DNA of 63,235 bases, filler included, from Reticulomyxa filosa (lineage: Eukaryota > Protista > Foraminifera), in assembly GCA_000512085.1 (NCBI GenBank). It is 19 parts of 19 records of this genome, joined end to end, with 100 filler letters (N's around TTAATTAATTAA, not from the genome) between each part and the next. Parts side by side here need not be neighbours in the genome. Positions count along the whole stretch, not along the records: positions 37,694 to 40,996 come from ASPP01003633.1; positions 41,097 to 42,249 come from ASPP01038384.1; positions 42,350 to 45,632 come from ASPP01020662.1; positions 45,733 to 48,821 come from ASPP01004575.1; positions 48,922 to 51,188 come from ASPP01011633.1; 14 more parts are not named here. The stretch is one strand, 5' to 3'. Positions 37,713-50,534 of the stretch are shown in pieces. The position numbers were made by a program, and so were the translations under genes. The notes beneath the pieces are model-generated. The model had not been told where the DNA came from and ran no database searches. It saw nothing but the letters and a program-made list of their open reading frames with translations. Position 1 is the first letter of the stretch. Each line of letters begins with the position of its first letter.

Positions 37713-38841
37713 TAATAAATCTAAATTAACTTCATTGTTCACATCAAATTCAAAACAAATTGGAGATTGCGCCAAAGAAAGAAATTTAAGTCGTGGAAAA
37801 GGAAGCAGGTTGGTGCCGATTTTGCGGAAATCGCTGGCCAGTTTTCCAGGGTAACGCATAGGCGAGGAAATATGACATTGCACATATGCCAACAGTCGAT
37901 TTAAATCTTTTAGCTCCGGCTTTTCCAGATTCAAGTAGGTGGACAAGCACACGTTCAATGCCGAGTTGTCGTATAAATAAACCTGATCACAAAATTCGCT
38001 AGCAGGTTGAACGCGCACAAGCTATTGAATGGGGCCAGGTTTTGATCGCCGGGCATTCCTGGAGATGGAAATATGCTCGAGGACATACGCAACGTGTCCG
38101 GGAACTCGTCTGCCAAGCGTTTCAAAACTAATGTCCCCAGCCCACTTCCTGTGCCTCCACTTAGACTGTGACCCAAACTGAATGCCAATGGGCTATCGCA
38201 ACTTTCCAATTCCTTTCGAAGCGATTCAATTATGGGCTGTATATGGTGGGTCCCTTTTTTTTTTTTTTTAAATTAAATGATCATAATAAGAAGCATTTTT
38301 CAGGAGGGATAGACCTTTCCTCCTCTTTCTTTTTTTTCCCCTTAAAAAAAAAAATTTCTTAATGTGATTCACCTTCGGTGTAATGTCCAACCGCAAAGAG
38401 ACTTCCGCTACCTCCTCGGCTTGCAATAAATGAATCAGGGTCGAACATCTTCCCGTGCTCTGAGGTCTGCACTTTGTCCGTGCACGTGTCCTCCAAATCC
38501 ACAAAAAGACATCTTGGCACATAACGCTGACGAGCGCTTGTCTCTTTGTAGAAAATTCGCAATTCGTGGTCGTACTTCTTCAGCTCGGGCTCTTGAAACT
38601 CCTCTATTTGTGTTTCATGGAATGGATGATTGTCGTCCGGTTCACCCGTTGGGGTCAATATCCCCTCTTCGTTCAGGTGCTTCCAAAACTCGTGGCCCAT
38701 CGCAATCCCACATTGCCCCACTGTTCAATGTTAACAAACGCAACAACGTCATTGAAGTTCTTCTTCTCTTTTTGTTAAAAGGAAGCGAAGAAAATAAAAC
38801 AAAAAGTATATCTCACCATGAATGGATACTATTTCTCGCAT
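37713..38841 (-). CDS. Highly divergent beta-tubulin, Retaria beta2-like (3' partial; introns 38816-38721 and 38372-38254; apparent 1-nt frameshift near 38000)
   Basis: Spliced start 'MREIVSIHV|GQCG', then 'YVPRCLFVDLE', 'GHYTEG', 'HSLSGGTGSGLG', 'DNSAL' and 'MRYPGKLASDFRKIGTNLLPFPRL'. MREI and Lys at the 254-equivalent position indicate the beta type. Confidence 0.88.
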
Positions 38842-40874
38842 ATCTTAAAAATATTGTTTATTTTCTATTAAATAAATATTTCAATTATCGGCACTCCTTC
38901 TTGAACAAACTTTAGAAAACGTATTCTAAGTCAGGTGTCAAATTCAACTCTTATGTTAGCACCAAAGAAGCGTACAATCTTGTATGAATTACGATGCGTG
39001 TCTAGTTTCAAAAGTTAATGACGTAGCAATACAGTTTTTATTTTTCTTTTTTTATAAAAAACTGAATAAATATTATTTCAAGTTAGCACATAGAAATATA
39101 ATGTCTCATGTCACGATTTTTATTAAAACTGGATTTTCTCATATCGCTGTAGCAACAATCAATAACATTTCCTAAGGAAATATATTAATCAACAAATAAA
39201 TAAAATTTAAAAATACAAGTTAACATATCACAGTATATAGATCAAGTGTAAGAAGCGTTTGTTTGCTGAAACGGCAGTAACTTTTGGTTTTATTCAAAGC
39301 TGCGTTGTAAATGTTGGAATTGTGAGTTAAAATGAATGTAATACAAAAGGAAGTTAGTTCTAAAACAAGTTTCAGTAAAAAGGAAAGTATATTAATAATA
39401 AATAATTAAAATAAAAAAAAAATAGTAAACCAAGAGAAAAAAGTTAGTTTTGTAGTGAAGAAAGTTTAGCCACTTAGAACTTAATTTATAATATGTACTT
39501 ACTATACATTACATCCATTTGCACAGTCTGGGCAGCACATGAGTACTTAATTGTCGTTCGCCTTAGTGTTTAGTTTTTGGGCATGTCTACTTTATGTTCT
39601 ACTGTTACAACTTCGTTTGCATTGTTCAACGAATACTTAAATTAAACTTTTTCCTTGCACCAGTTCATGAGTGATATCCGACATTTTGTTTGGCGTAATG
39701 TTATACGAAGCGGTGATTACCGACAAGAATAAGGACTAGTCTCTGTCATCTGTAAAGTCTATATCACGAGCAATACAAATATTGACCAGATGTTCTTTCA
39801 GATAACAATGAAGTCTATAAATCATAATATTTAGTTGAGAATGATATGATTTAAATAATTGACTTATTTTCATCTTTGATGTTGCGATTTTGCATATAAA
39901 TTGTATGAAATTATCTGATATGATTGTCTATGTGCTAAAAGTACATATATTCGCTTGCAAATGGAATAGTTATTTCGATTGGTGTATTTGTTTTGATTTT
40001 AATATCGAACATGTAGATTGTAAAACGATCAATTATAGTCAGTATATTGATGTCAGTTTATGATAATGTGCATACGATATCGAAAACTTACATTTGAAAG
40101 GAATAAATGCTGAAAAATAGTTGATTTATACAACAATATTATTAGTTATACTTTTTGCGGTTTGGAAAGTGAATATTAGTTGAAAAACATATTCATGACT
40201 TCAAATAATACAGTCAAATGCAAACATTTAAGAATTGATTTAGTTATCAGTTAATTCACTTTATGTTGTGCTAGCGCATGATAATAAAGATATAGAATTA
40301 CTGAATTTCGATTGTTTGAGAGACAATTGGCTTATGATATATGTAAGTATATTGATTTTATTTAATCTGATTTTGTATTGTTTTATATAGTTTTTCAATA
40401 AGTTGCTATTTCATACTATGTTTATGTATGTTTATCTTTGTGTTAACTAATTTTTAATAGATGATATTACTATATAATTGATTTGTGAATAAACAAATTG
40501 TAACTTTTCAAATAATTTGTCATAATTGTGCAATTCTATGTTCAATATAAAGGTATTCCTAATTTGGATATTATATCGTCTTTATTTATTATTTGTAATA
40601 TTATGTGATATAATTAAAACTGATAAATTTTGTAGTCAATGATGTCATATGCATATACAAAAAATCTGTATTTGAAAGAATATTCACTTAGTTACAATAA
40701 CACATGATAATATCATTTCATGATAACGCAAATAGTAACGATATATTTTTGCGAGTACCAAATGAATTTGCGTAGTAATATAATACAGTAAGATAAAAAG
40801 AAAGTTGACATCTAAAATGCCACCTTATAGAGATGATTTTGTTTCTACATGAAAAAACAACATTTAATCAATTT

Positions 40875-40935
40875 TTTTTAAAAAAAATATCTACGAATCT
40901 TGTAGTTTTTAAATATCATTTTGGTTTTTTATTAA
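40875..40935 (-). repeat. Dispersed AT-rich repeat, similar to 42490-42550
   Basis: The reverse complement AAAAAACCAAAATGATATTTAAAAACTACAAGATTCGTAGATATTTTTTTTAAAA matches AAAAAACCAATATCATATTTAAAAACTACAAGATTTGTATATATTTTTTTTAAAA at about 42493. Confidence 0.7.
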
Positions 40936-41144
40936 GTCTTTCTAATTTTTTCAAAAAATTTTATTCTTTCATTTGATTTGGTAAAATTTCTTTAAANNNN
41001 NNNNNNNNNNNNNNNNNNNNNNNNNNNNNNNNNNNNNNNNTTAATTAATTAANNNNNNNNNNNNNNNNNNNNNNNNNNNNNNNNNNNNNNNNNNNNATAT
41101 ACATATATATATATATGTATATGTATATGTATATGTATATATAC

Positions 41145-41580
41145 CTTACTCACATATGTTTTGTTTTCCCTCAAATAACAAACAATTTGGGATACATTAC
41201 AAACACAAAACAAAACTTGCAATATAACACCACGTGGTGGCTCGTCTTCGTTTGAAGGAAGATAATACACTAATTGTCCTACTGCCAATTGTCTGCACGC
41301 AAGCAAACCAGAACACCATTTTCTAGTCTCGCTCTCTCTCTCTTGCACATACAACCTTGCTCCTTTTACAACGGTGGACAACTTACCTCAGGTCAACCAG
41401 GGGGATTGGAACCAAGTACTTGGTCAAGTAATACCACAGCTGACACACACGGGCACACTGCGGAAGCACGTCCAGTGAAACAAATGACAAAATCAAATGG
41501 GTTAACTCGCGCGAGGAAAAGTGACATGACGAAGGATTCTCGGATGAATCTGCAGTTGAATACAACAGTTGGGTCATCAT
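41145..41580 (-). CDS. F-box protein, N-terminal exons (3' partial)
   Basis: 'ELTHLILSFVSLDVLPQCARVCQLWYYL' is an F-box motif. A short GTAAGT-initiated intron at 41386 is followed by 'ETRKWCSGLL..'. Confidence 0.7.
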
Positions 41581-41806
41581 CTTTTTATTCAAAAGGACCA
41601 CTATTTTCCTTTTTTTTTTTAACTGGAAGGTTCCCTTGAAGGTTTCTTGTTTGTTTGTTGTACCTGCCACTTTCGTACAAATATATCTGTTTCTACCGCA
41701 AAAATAATTATTTATTCGTTTTAAAAAAGTAGCTCACCACGTGTACAGCTCGCCTAGCTTTGTGTACCTTTTTAAACTTTTTCTAAGGGGGCTTCCGAAA
41801 ATTGTA

Positions 41807-42249
41807 ATGGCTTCCTCCACCAGTGACAAATCTAAATCATTAATACCACATTATGCTATCCCAAAAGATGATGAAGAAGGAAATTTGGCTTTGGAACAAG
41901 GCCAAATACTTGGGACTAAGCCGACATTGTTCAGTGTTTTTTGGAACTTTTTTGGCAGAGCCGGGACTAACACAAGTACTGTGGAAAACATGTATATAGG
42001 AATGGATATATTGCAACAGGTGCGATCGGGAAAGGTTCGTATGGCATAGTGGTTGAAGCTGTGCAATTTGGGTTGGACATGATAAGCAAAAGGGTGCAAA
42101 CAGACTATTCGAAGCGATTCGCAGTGAAAATAATAAAGGCAAGGAAAGAGTATACACACTCTGCCGAGAGGCAAGAAGTGCAAAGTTTGTTGGAGATGAA
42201 TAGAATTGCAGCTGCCTTGAAGCTAAAAAGTTCGACAATCATTCCACTA
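41807..42249 (+). CDS. DYRK/CLK-like (CMGC) protein kinase, N-terminal part (intron about 41929-41999; 3' partial)
   Basis: A DH-box-like 'DDEEGNLALEQGQIL', then after splicing 'NGYIATGAIGKGSYGIVVEA', and 'FAVKIIKARKEYTHSAERQEVQSL'. Confidence 0.75.
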
Positions 42250-42489
42250 NNNNNNNNNNNNNNNNNNNNNNNNNNNNNNNNNNNNNNNNNNNNTTAATTA
42301 ATTAANNNNNNNNNNNNNNNNNNNNNNNNNNNNNNNNNNNNNNNNNNNNAAAAAGATTAGCCTTGTATCATTCGTAGTCTTTGAGAAAAATCATATTCAA
42401 TTTTAATAAAAGTGTAAATAATACGCATTCTCGCAGAGTTTTTAAAAATCATTTGAAAGAATGGTGATTTCATCCAAAAAAAAAAAGTT

Positions 42490-42550
42490 ATTAAAAAACC
42501 AATATCATATTTAAAAACTACAAGATTTGTATATATTTTTTTTAAAATAA
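42490..42550 (+). repeat. Dispersed AT-rich repeat, similar to 40875-40935
   Basis: Matches the reverse complement of 40875-40935 over about 55 nt. Confidence 0.7.
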
Positions 42551-43639
42551 AAAAAATTCTTTTTTTTTACTGGATTGCGGTTCTGCTAGACTGCCCTTCT
42601 CTGATTATATCTAGTAACTTTGTTGCTTGCCTGTTGCCCTTTCCTTTTGTTTCTTGTCATCGGGAACCTTTTGCTTTTTCGGAAAGTTTCTATGTATTGT
42701 GAATTTTCTTTTATTTCTATGCTTTGGTGGCCTTTTCTTTTGTTCTGGCGTTGTACGTCATTTTTCTTGATCTTCGACCTAAATCTGTTTTGATATTGAC
42801 TCAAGTCATATCCATATATATCATTTCAGTGTTAATTTCCTCATTTTTAAATCTATCCGATCAATTGATTGAGTATGAGTCATGTTATGACAATTTTTTG
42901 ATATTTTTTTACTCTTAAAGCAACTAATGTCAATATACGATTTAAGTTTTTGAAAGTACGAATATCTCAGTTCCGCAGATGCTAAACCGACGACGAAACA
43001 ATCCAAAAAATAAATTGCAAGAAATACACCTCAAAAAACGAATAACAAAAGTGAAAAACCACAAGCTACAATAAATCAAAAATTCAACTACATCAATACT
43101 TTATATCACTATAAATAATTTTACTAGTTGAAGAAAATGTCTATATTTTTCTTGACCTCGAAATCTTGTGAAAATTTTTTGAAAAAACGTTTCAATACTC
43201 TTTCAAAATGAAACTTTTTCCAAAAGTTAATCTTGATTATAAATGTATTTTTTATTAAAATATTTATCGAAGTTTCTCGATTTTTCGATTTCTTGATAGT
43301 CGAAATCTTTAATGTTTTTCTTTTACAACATATTATTGCAAATTGTCTACTTCTTAAATTGAAAGATTTTTGTTTAGATAATGTGCCAGGTATATACTCT
43401 TGGTGTATTTTTTGTTTCATTTTTTCTTGTTCTATTTTCAGTTCAATTTTGAAGCTTTTCATTGGAAGTGCATAATATTCCCACCATTCATGCTAATTGC
43501 TTTAGCTCTAATTGGCACTTGTACCCCGACAGAAAAGGGTGAACTTTCGTATTAAGAAATGTTATTTATCAATTATGGGTTAATTTGTTGAAGATTACTT
43601 CAAGCTAAAACAAAGTTTTATATCGAGAATACTTTTGGT

Positions 43640-45632
43640 ATGACACTGTTCAAAAAACAAACAAATCAAACAAAATGCTTTGGGCATTGTGTTGAACGGT
43701 GTGCTCTGGACATACAACAATCCCAAAGGAACAGAATGACAGCCCCTTCAGTATATAATAATACGTATGAAGTAGTCTCAAGAGAAAATTGTGGATCATC
43801 ACCAGCGTCGGCATCACATTATTATTCGAGCAGCATATCATCATCTCCATCAGCCTCGTCCGAGATAAAAAATCGTTGCATTGCAATCGCTGACGAAGCG
43901 AATACTGAGAGAATGGGTATCGACGAGGACGTGATAATGAAAGATTTGACAAGCAGAAGAAATGGTGACGATAGACAAGAGCGAATAGTTGTAGGAGACG
44001 TGTATTCGTCCAAATCGAAACAGAGATTAAGTCCAAAGCAAATAGACATCGATACGACACAGCGAAGTAAAGACAATGAGAGCAAATACAAATACGAGCA
44101 GCGCCGCGAATATGAAGCAGAAGAAGAAAGCGAGAAAAGAAGGAAAGAAAAAAAGGGAAGCGACGAATGGACGAAAGTGAATGAAAGAACACCAGCGCAA
44201 ACAATACAAAGAGAAACGCAAGGCAGTCTTAGTGTAACTCGTTCAATCGCCGATGTCACTACGAAGCATGATGATTGTTATTGGAATCGCAGTGACAATA
44301 ATAGCATGGTCACAAAACAGGACTCTTTACTTCCCATTGGGGTTCAAAATTCGGCCACTTCCCCTGCAATGCTGCACACCCCTATTCAAAGTGTGAATGA
44401 TAGCAATCCTTATTGGTTGTCTCAAATGGGTCATTTGCATCATAACAATGCAACCAACAATAAGTCCAACTCAAGCCTGACTCGCACTCAACATCATTCA
44501 CATCATTCACATCACTCACATCATTTACATCATTCACACCATTCACATCATTCACATCATTCGCATCACTCGCGTCATTCACATCACGCACATCACTCGC
44601 ATCATCCACATCAGTATTTCACCGTTGGCGATCAAGGGTCATCCACGCCGTTGCAATCCCTGTCCCCTTCCAAATCGACAGTACTGATTTCGACAAATGA
44701 GCTTTGCGTCAACCCAAATCCAATCCAAATCACAACCACGCCCAAAAACTCAAGTTTATGTCTTTACATGTGAATACCAACAGCAAAGATAAAAGAGGAG
44801 AAACAAGCCAATATCACACAAGTACTTGTGCGAAAATGTTTTTTTGAGTACACATCAACGCACATGCATACAAAAAGGGGTCAATACATACAAACAACAT
44901 ATATGATAATACGAAAACAAACCATTGTTAACGTCATTTGCGTTTAGAGTGTATTGAAACGACCAATGGGGACATTATTCCAACAGCAACAACAACAACG
45001 GTGACATTGTCTCCTTCTGCTGCAACGACCATCACGAAAACGAATTATCTCGAAGATAAAAAATGGACTGGTTCAATCCCAATGACATCTACATCAATAC
45101 CAAGCGGTATAAACAAAAAAAAAACAAATCAAACACACACACACACACACACATAGTTCTAATCAAATATTTTTTGAAAATACAAAATCAATTTGGTTTT
45201 CTTTTTTGTTTGTTTGGAAAAGTGATAAGTGAGACAATGGATGGCTCTGTGGAACGATGGCAGTTCCCGAAAACGGCAGAAGCTACAAAGAAGAGCGAAG
45301 CAAAGCGATCCACGCATTTGCCGAATGATTCGGAGACAAACAACAATCAGCAGTCGACAATGCCCAAACCGATTGGTAATAAAAATGAACATTTCAAGTT
45401 TAAACAACACGACAAGTCAATGTCGACCCCTTCAATTGGGATTCCTTCTTCAATCACGAGACGGTCTGGGCATAATTACAGTGGAAAGCCATACCCCAAT
45501 CCACTGACCTACCAAGGCCATCGTTCGATGTTGGATGTGCGATCACTTCATGACAGCAACAATAGTAACAATAGTAACAGCAATAGCAATAACAATAGCA
45601 ATAACAATAGCAATAACAATAGTAATAAAGAA
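43640..45632 (+). CDS. Low-complexity, probably disordered protein with a (HHS)n repeat (multi-exon, 3' partial)
   Basis: A 377-aa ORF plus downstream exons rich in S/N/T. His-rich 9-bp tandem repeat at about 44491-44612. Confidence 0.6.
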
Positions 45633-47149
45633 NNNNNNNNNNNNNNNNNNNNNNNNNNNNNNNNNNNNNNNNNNNNTTAATTAATTAANNNNNNNNNNNN
45701 NNNNNNNNNNNNNNNNNNNNNNNNNNNNNNNNTATGTGATAAAAAGATACCAGAATATTGTATTTTAAGTTCTTATAATTAAATAAGAAAAGTATGAACA
45801 AAGTGATAATGGCAATAATCTGTATCGAATAATAATTTTTCAATTTGCAAATTCCAATGTTTGGGAACTTCTTTTCGACAAATACACTCTTAATTCGAAG
45901 TACGGTGATTGTAAACGTATTTGATGTGTTATTAATATTTCCATGTCATAATTAATATAAGAGATCACGTGTGTTTCTTCCATGTTGTGACAATTGATTT
46001 TTTTTCATTTTCTTCAAAGGCTTTATTGAAATGATAATTGGCATATTTCAAAATTGTTCAGCCTTTTAAAAAACTTGAAACAATATTGTCAATAATAATA
46101 ATAATTATCTTCTTCTTTGCTCAGGTTTTATTTCGTTTTTGTTTTTCCTATCTTCCACGCCAATAATTTGTATTTGATTTGAGCAAGATTAAAGCATTCC
46201 AACTCCACAGTTGTGTCAAGTGGTACATGAGGACCCAAGCAATTTTCTAAAACAATCCGATTTCTTTTCTTCTTGCTAACACGTGATTTTTTTGTTTTTG
46301 AGACTCTTGCAATATATTATTAATGTTAACAGATTTTAGTGTTGTATATAATCACAATGAAGAAATGTATAAAAAAAATATTATGCACAACTGATCGATA
46401 TTGACCTAATTCAATGAGTAATTCATCGAATTCATCATCACCAATGTTTGCTGGTAATGTAAACTGAGACACGTTGTTAGTTAGAAGCACGCTTGGTTGC
46501 AAATTTTTTTCAGTGGATTGAAATGGTGTGAAGGGCCATGACAGAGAATGAGACACTCCCTACGCATGAAAATGATGTTGTTAAAATTGTTTCAATTCTT
46601 TGATAGTAAGTAAAGATTTACTGAACATCATCAATCCGCTCGCTTGATAATCCATATGATGGATTAATTCGGGTGTCATTGTGAAATTGAGTGCGTTTAT
46701 GTGCGAAGGCAACATTTGCGCCTGCTGCTCTAATATCAATGCATTACTTTAAATACATTTATGCAAATCTGGGACTATTTTCAAAAGTACGTTCATCAAT
46801 GCATTGTATTCACACTTGTTATTGTTTTCAAGTAAATGTACACTCATCCCACTATTTCTTTGTATTCATATAATCAATTTTTCCCAGTGGCCAATATATT
46901 TTTGAGAGATACTCATGTCTATCTACTTTTTCACAAACAAATAAACAATGCATAATCAGGAATATAGACCAAACACACATATATTTAAACTTTCAAAACC
47001 AATTTATTTGGAGTGACATACGGTGTTTCAACACATTGATCAAACTTTCATATGAACACTGCGATGAAAAAAAGAGGAAAAGAGATGGCAAGAATTTTAA
47101 TTTCTTTTGAATCTTTCCTCTCGACAACTGTGCCACTTTATATATATAT

Positions 47150-48780
47150 ATATATATGTATATACATATATATGTATTTTTGTCTTTGGTCAAGTGTATC
47201 AACGCCATTCCAAGAGTGTATTTCAGTGATCAACAATTCAAGCTATATTTCTTCATTTTTCTATTGCCGTCCATCTGGATCATTCGCTTTGATACGTTTG
47301 TCGGGAGTGTTGCTCTCTTTTTTTTAAGTTTCCTTCCACAGTGATCATAGCCTACGCCAAATATGGTAGTGTATCACATGGATCGGTATATGTGACTCAA
47401 AATGTGGTCTGACACTCGAACTTTAAAATGCAATGCATATATTCAAATAGCAATAATATCCACTTATCCAACGCAAATAATACCGAACATTTTTTGTATT
47501 TGTGCATCGTGCTGGTCTCTCTTTTCACATCTTGGTCATTCTCAAAGCAAAAGATGTATTAGGTTGCCCAACGATTACGATGGAACTGTGGATAGCACGC
47601 AATACTTTGTGGCTCCTGAGGGAAGAAGCTTGTTAGTCCTCTTTGAGTCCGTAAAGAAGTTGTACAATGAGACCAAAATAATGGAAAAGCGACAAGTGAA
47701 AGGAATTGAAATCCGTCAATGAAGACAAGAGACCAAAAAAAGATAAACCAAAGTGCATCCAAATAACATATCAAAACAATACAACCTTGCCAATATCGCC
47801 TGTGTCGAGAATGATTCTATCACAGGCTTTCACATTCGAAAGGGGGAGGGTATTCAGTCACGCGTCTGGTTACATCGTCCTTTTACCATTGTGTCCATTG
47901 AGATGCCAGTTATTTCAGGATTCGTTGCTCACAGGGCCAATGAACTTTATCTTGCCAATCCGTTCTCTCGTATCAACAGCACATGATCGTTAATCTTTAG
48001 ATGTTTCAATAATTCTTGTTCTGATGTTTGCCCAAGTTTTACTTCACGTCGACCAGTTTGCTTCTACTTTCGATCAATGTGACAACTCTTTCTTCACTCA
48101 AACGCAACAAAACGTGATCTCCTTCTTCTTCTTCTTCTTCTTTTTTGAATAATGATTCTGTCTCGGACTTGAATGACAACACTTGCAACACTAACTGTTG
48201 TCAAGTGAACAAGCCCCTTCCCATTTTGATTTGAAACAGGGTCTGCCCATGGAATGTTCCGTCGTTGGCATTGGAGTCAGTCACACGTGTCCAACTCCAC
48301 TCTAATGAAGGGCGCCCCCTTCTTCCAACAGAATATAGTTTCCGACGTTCAAGTGAATGTTATGTTTGACGCTATTGTGAGATCATCTTAAAATGAGCCA
48401 CAAATTCGCGATTCGACTGCATCGCTGCATACAAGCTCAGTTTGGATAATTGCAAGAACAATTTGTCCAATGTCTTTCGCCGTCACAAATAGTCTTTATC
48501 ATCATGGCCTTGAGCAAGTGGTTTATCCAATACTTTAATTTCTATTGATTCCTTTCATATAAATATATATATATATATATATATGTATATATTTTATTAT
48601 TATGTCACTTGTTCATTTGAATAAACAAAACAAAATGATAAATGATTATTAAAATAAACCTGTTCGATCATTCACTTGCAATTTTTCCAATCATTTTTCT
48701 TAATTCCTCCTTTTACAACTCCATCTTTGCCAAAGTCAGAAGTGCCAGAGTATCTGACAATCTAAAATCCAAAGTAGCTC
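47150..48780 (-). pseudogene. Decayed gene with CAP-Gly-like remnants
   Basis: Fragments in shifting frames: 'RVELDTC..SNANDGTFHGQTLFQIKMGRGLF' (about 48210-48305) and 'IGKIKFIGPV' (about 47930-47960). Many stops and frameshifts. Confidence 0.5.
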
Positions 48781-49029
48781 AATCCAAAATGTTCTTATAA
48801 AATAATGTGTCCCCCCCCCCCNNNNNNNNNNNNNNNNNNNNNNNNNNNNNNNNNNNNNNNNNNNNTTAATTAATTAANNNNNNNNNNNNNNNNNNNNNNN
48901 NNNNNNNNNNNNNNNNNNNNNATATGTATATATATATATATTATGTAAATAATATATATATAATATATGTGTATTTATTTAGTGGCTTATTTATTGTGTG
49001 TGTACAAACTCCAATTTTTTGAAATTGAC

Positions 49030-49730
49030 TCAACAAAAAGCCCCCACTTCCATTCGATAATGGAGCAATGTGGTTTGGTCAAAGTCGCAATAATTTTTTC
49101 CTTTGGAAATCTGTTGCGCTTGATCTTCGAAAGAGAAGGTGCAATTGGATTGTCCATCACAAACGCTACTCATGTTATGAAGCAACTTTATTGTGCATCG
49201 AGTGGAATTCGTTTCAAATGTTTTTCCTTCAACCGCCAAATTTGCCCATTGTAATGACAACCATCCTTTCTTACAATGAATATCTACCTCATAACTGTTG
49301 GTGTTGTTCACTCTCCCCACACTATTGTTCTGCGTTATTATTGGTTTCATGCTGTTTACTTTTTTTTTATATGTGTGTATGTTAGACTCAATGTCTACTA
49401 GTAATGTGTGTGCGTGTGTGTACATTTTCCGTTGTGTTTGCCAAAGTACATATGCATATAGATTTGTTGTTGGTTGGACTAGGCTATTCACGTGGCGAGC
49501 ATGTGCTACTGGTTTTATCAATCCACGCCGCACAAGAGTCGAAACAACTATGGTACGCGGAATCGTCTTGGAATTCATTGCATCGGCGCGCATATGTTTC
49601 ATTCGGTAGTGCAAAATAGACATTGTTGCATAAACAGGGCAAATAGTTGATACAAAAAGCTTGACTGTGCAAACAGTAGGTGAAGTCAATATAATCTTGA
49701 AATTTGCATGTCATAGCAAATATTTTCTTC
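49030..49730 (-). CDS. Cys-rich extracellular-type protein with a SUEL/Gal_Lectin-like domain (spliced, boundaries uncertain)
   Basis: A Cys-rich exon is followed by an intron (GTGAAT...A-run AG) and 'IHCKKGWLSLQWAN..RCT..SVCDGQSNCTF..YC..LHY', with SUEL-like cysteine spacing. Confidence 0.45.
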
Positions 49731-50534
49731 TGTTAAAGTATCTCTCTCCAAATATTACTTCAGAGAACGCCAATTTATTTTAAAAAAAAAAATTTTTTTT
49801 TTGGTTTCTGGTCATGATTACTTCTTTACTTTCCTTTCGAAGAGTGCCATTACTCTCAAACAAATAATTGTTTGCATTTGATCAATGTTGATAAGATAAT
49901 GTGAATCATGTGTGGATAATTGATGAAAACAATTTAAAGAAAATGATTCGATAACTGTTTATATTGACCAATGAGCAGATTCTTTAGTAAATGGCCCAAA
50001 ACTATCACTTCTTTCACAAAGAATCATTTTCTACGTTTACAAACTGACCCATACGGGAAAAAAGCGGGTACATAGTTTACTTTTCAGTGGCAACACTAAA
50101 ATTTTTTATGGGACATTAAAATCACAAAGCGACAGACTTGACTTATAAAGTTGTTCTAAAAGTGGCAAAACAAAATTTCTAACAACAAATGAAGTGAAAA
50201 AGATATGGCGCAATTCGTTGTAAATAAAATGTTTATTCGAAAGTTGTGTTTTTTAAAATAAAAGCGACGAAAAAACTAAAAAACGGATTTCCAAAAGACT
50301 TTAAATAATAATTCTCGATTTACATACTTCGAAATTACGAAGAAAACTTTAAAAAGTTGAATACGTTAATACTAAACCACAGTTAACTGAGCCATAAACT
50401 GAAAATAGAAATTTTGAATTCGAGCATTATGGAGGAAAACAGAACACGATAAAGATATTATTCTAAAAACAAAACCCACTAAAAAACCACAACAAAGGTA
50501 AGAGTGTAATACACGAGTCAAAGTAGAGAAAATG

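Noticed and set aside
27462-38841. Apparent cytoskeletal gene cluster (LC8, kinesin-like, tubulin)
   Set aside because: The genes sit on different contigs separated by artificial spacers, so linkage is not shown.
39000-40800. AT-rich intergenic DNA with faint similarity to 8930-9640, 14480-14950 and 23200-23690
   Set aside because: Only short low-complexity word matches are visible by eye. An alignment would be needed to support an old repeat family.
41929-42050. Apparent frameshift or stop in the kinase at 42049
   Set aside because: Resolved by an intron at about 41929-41999 that restores IGKGSYG.
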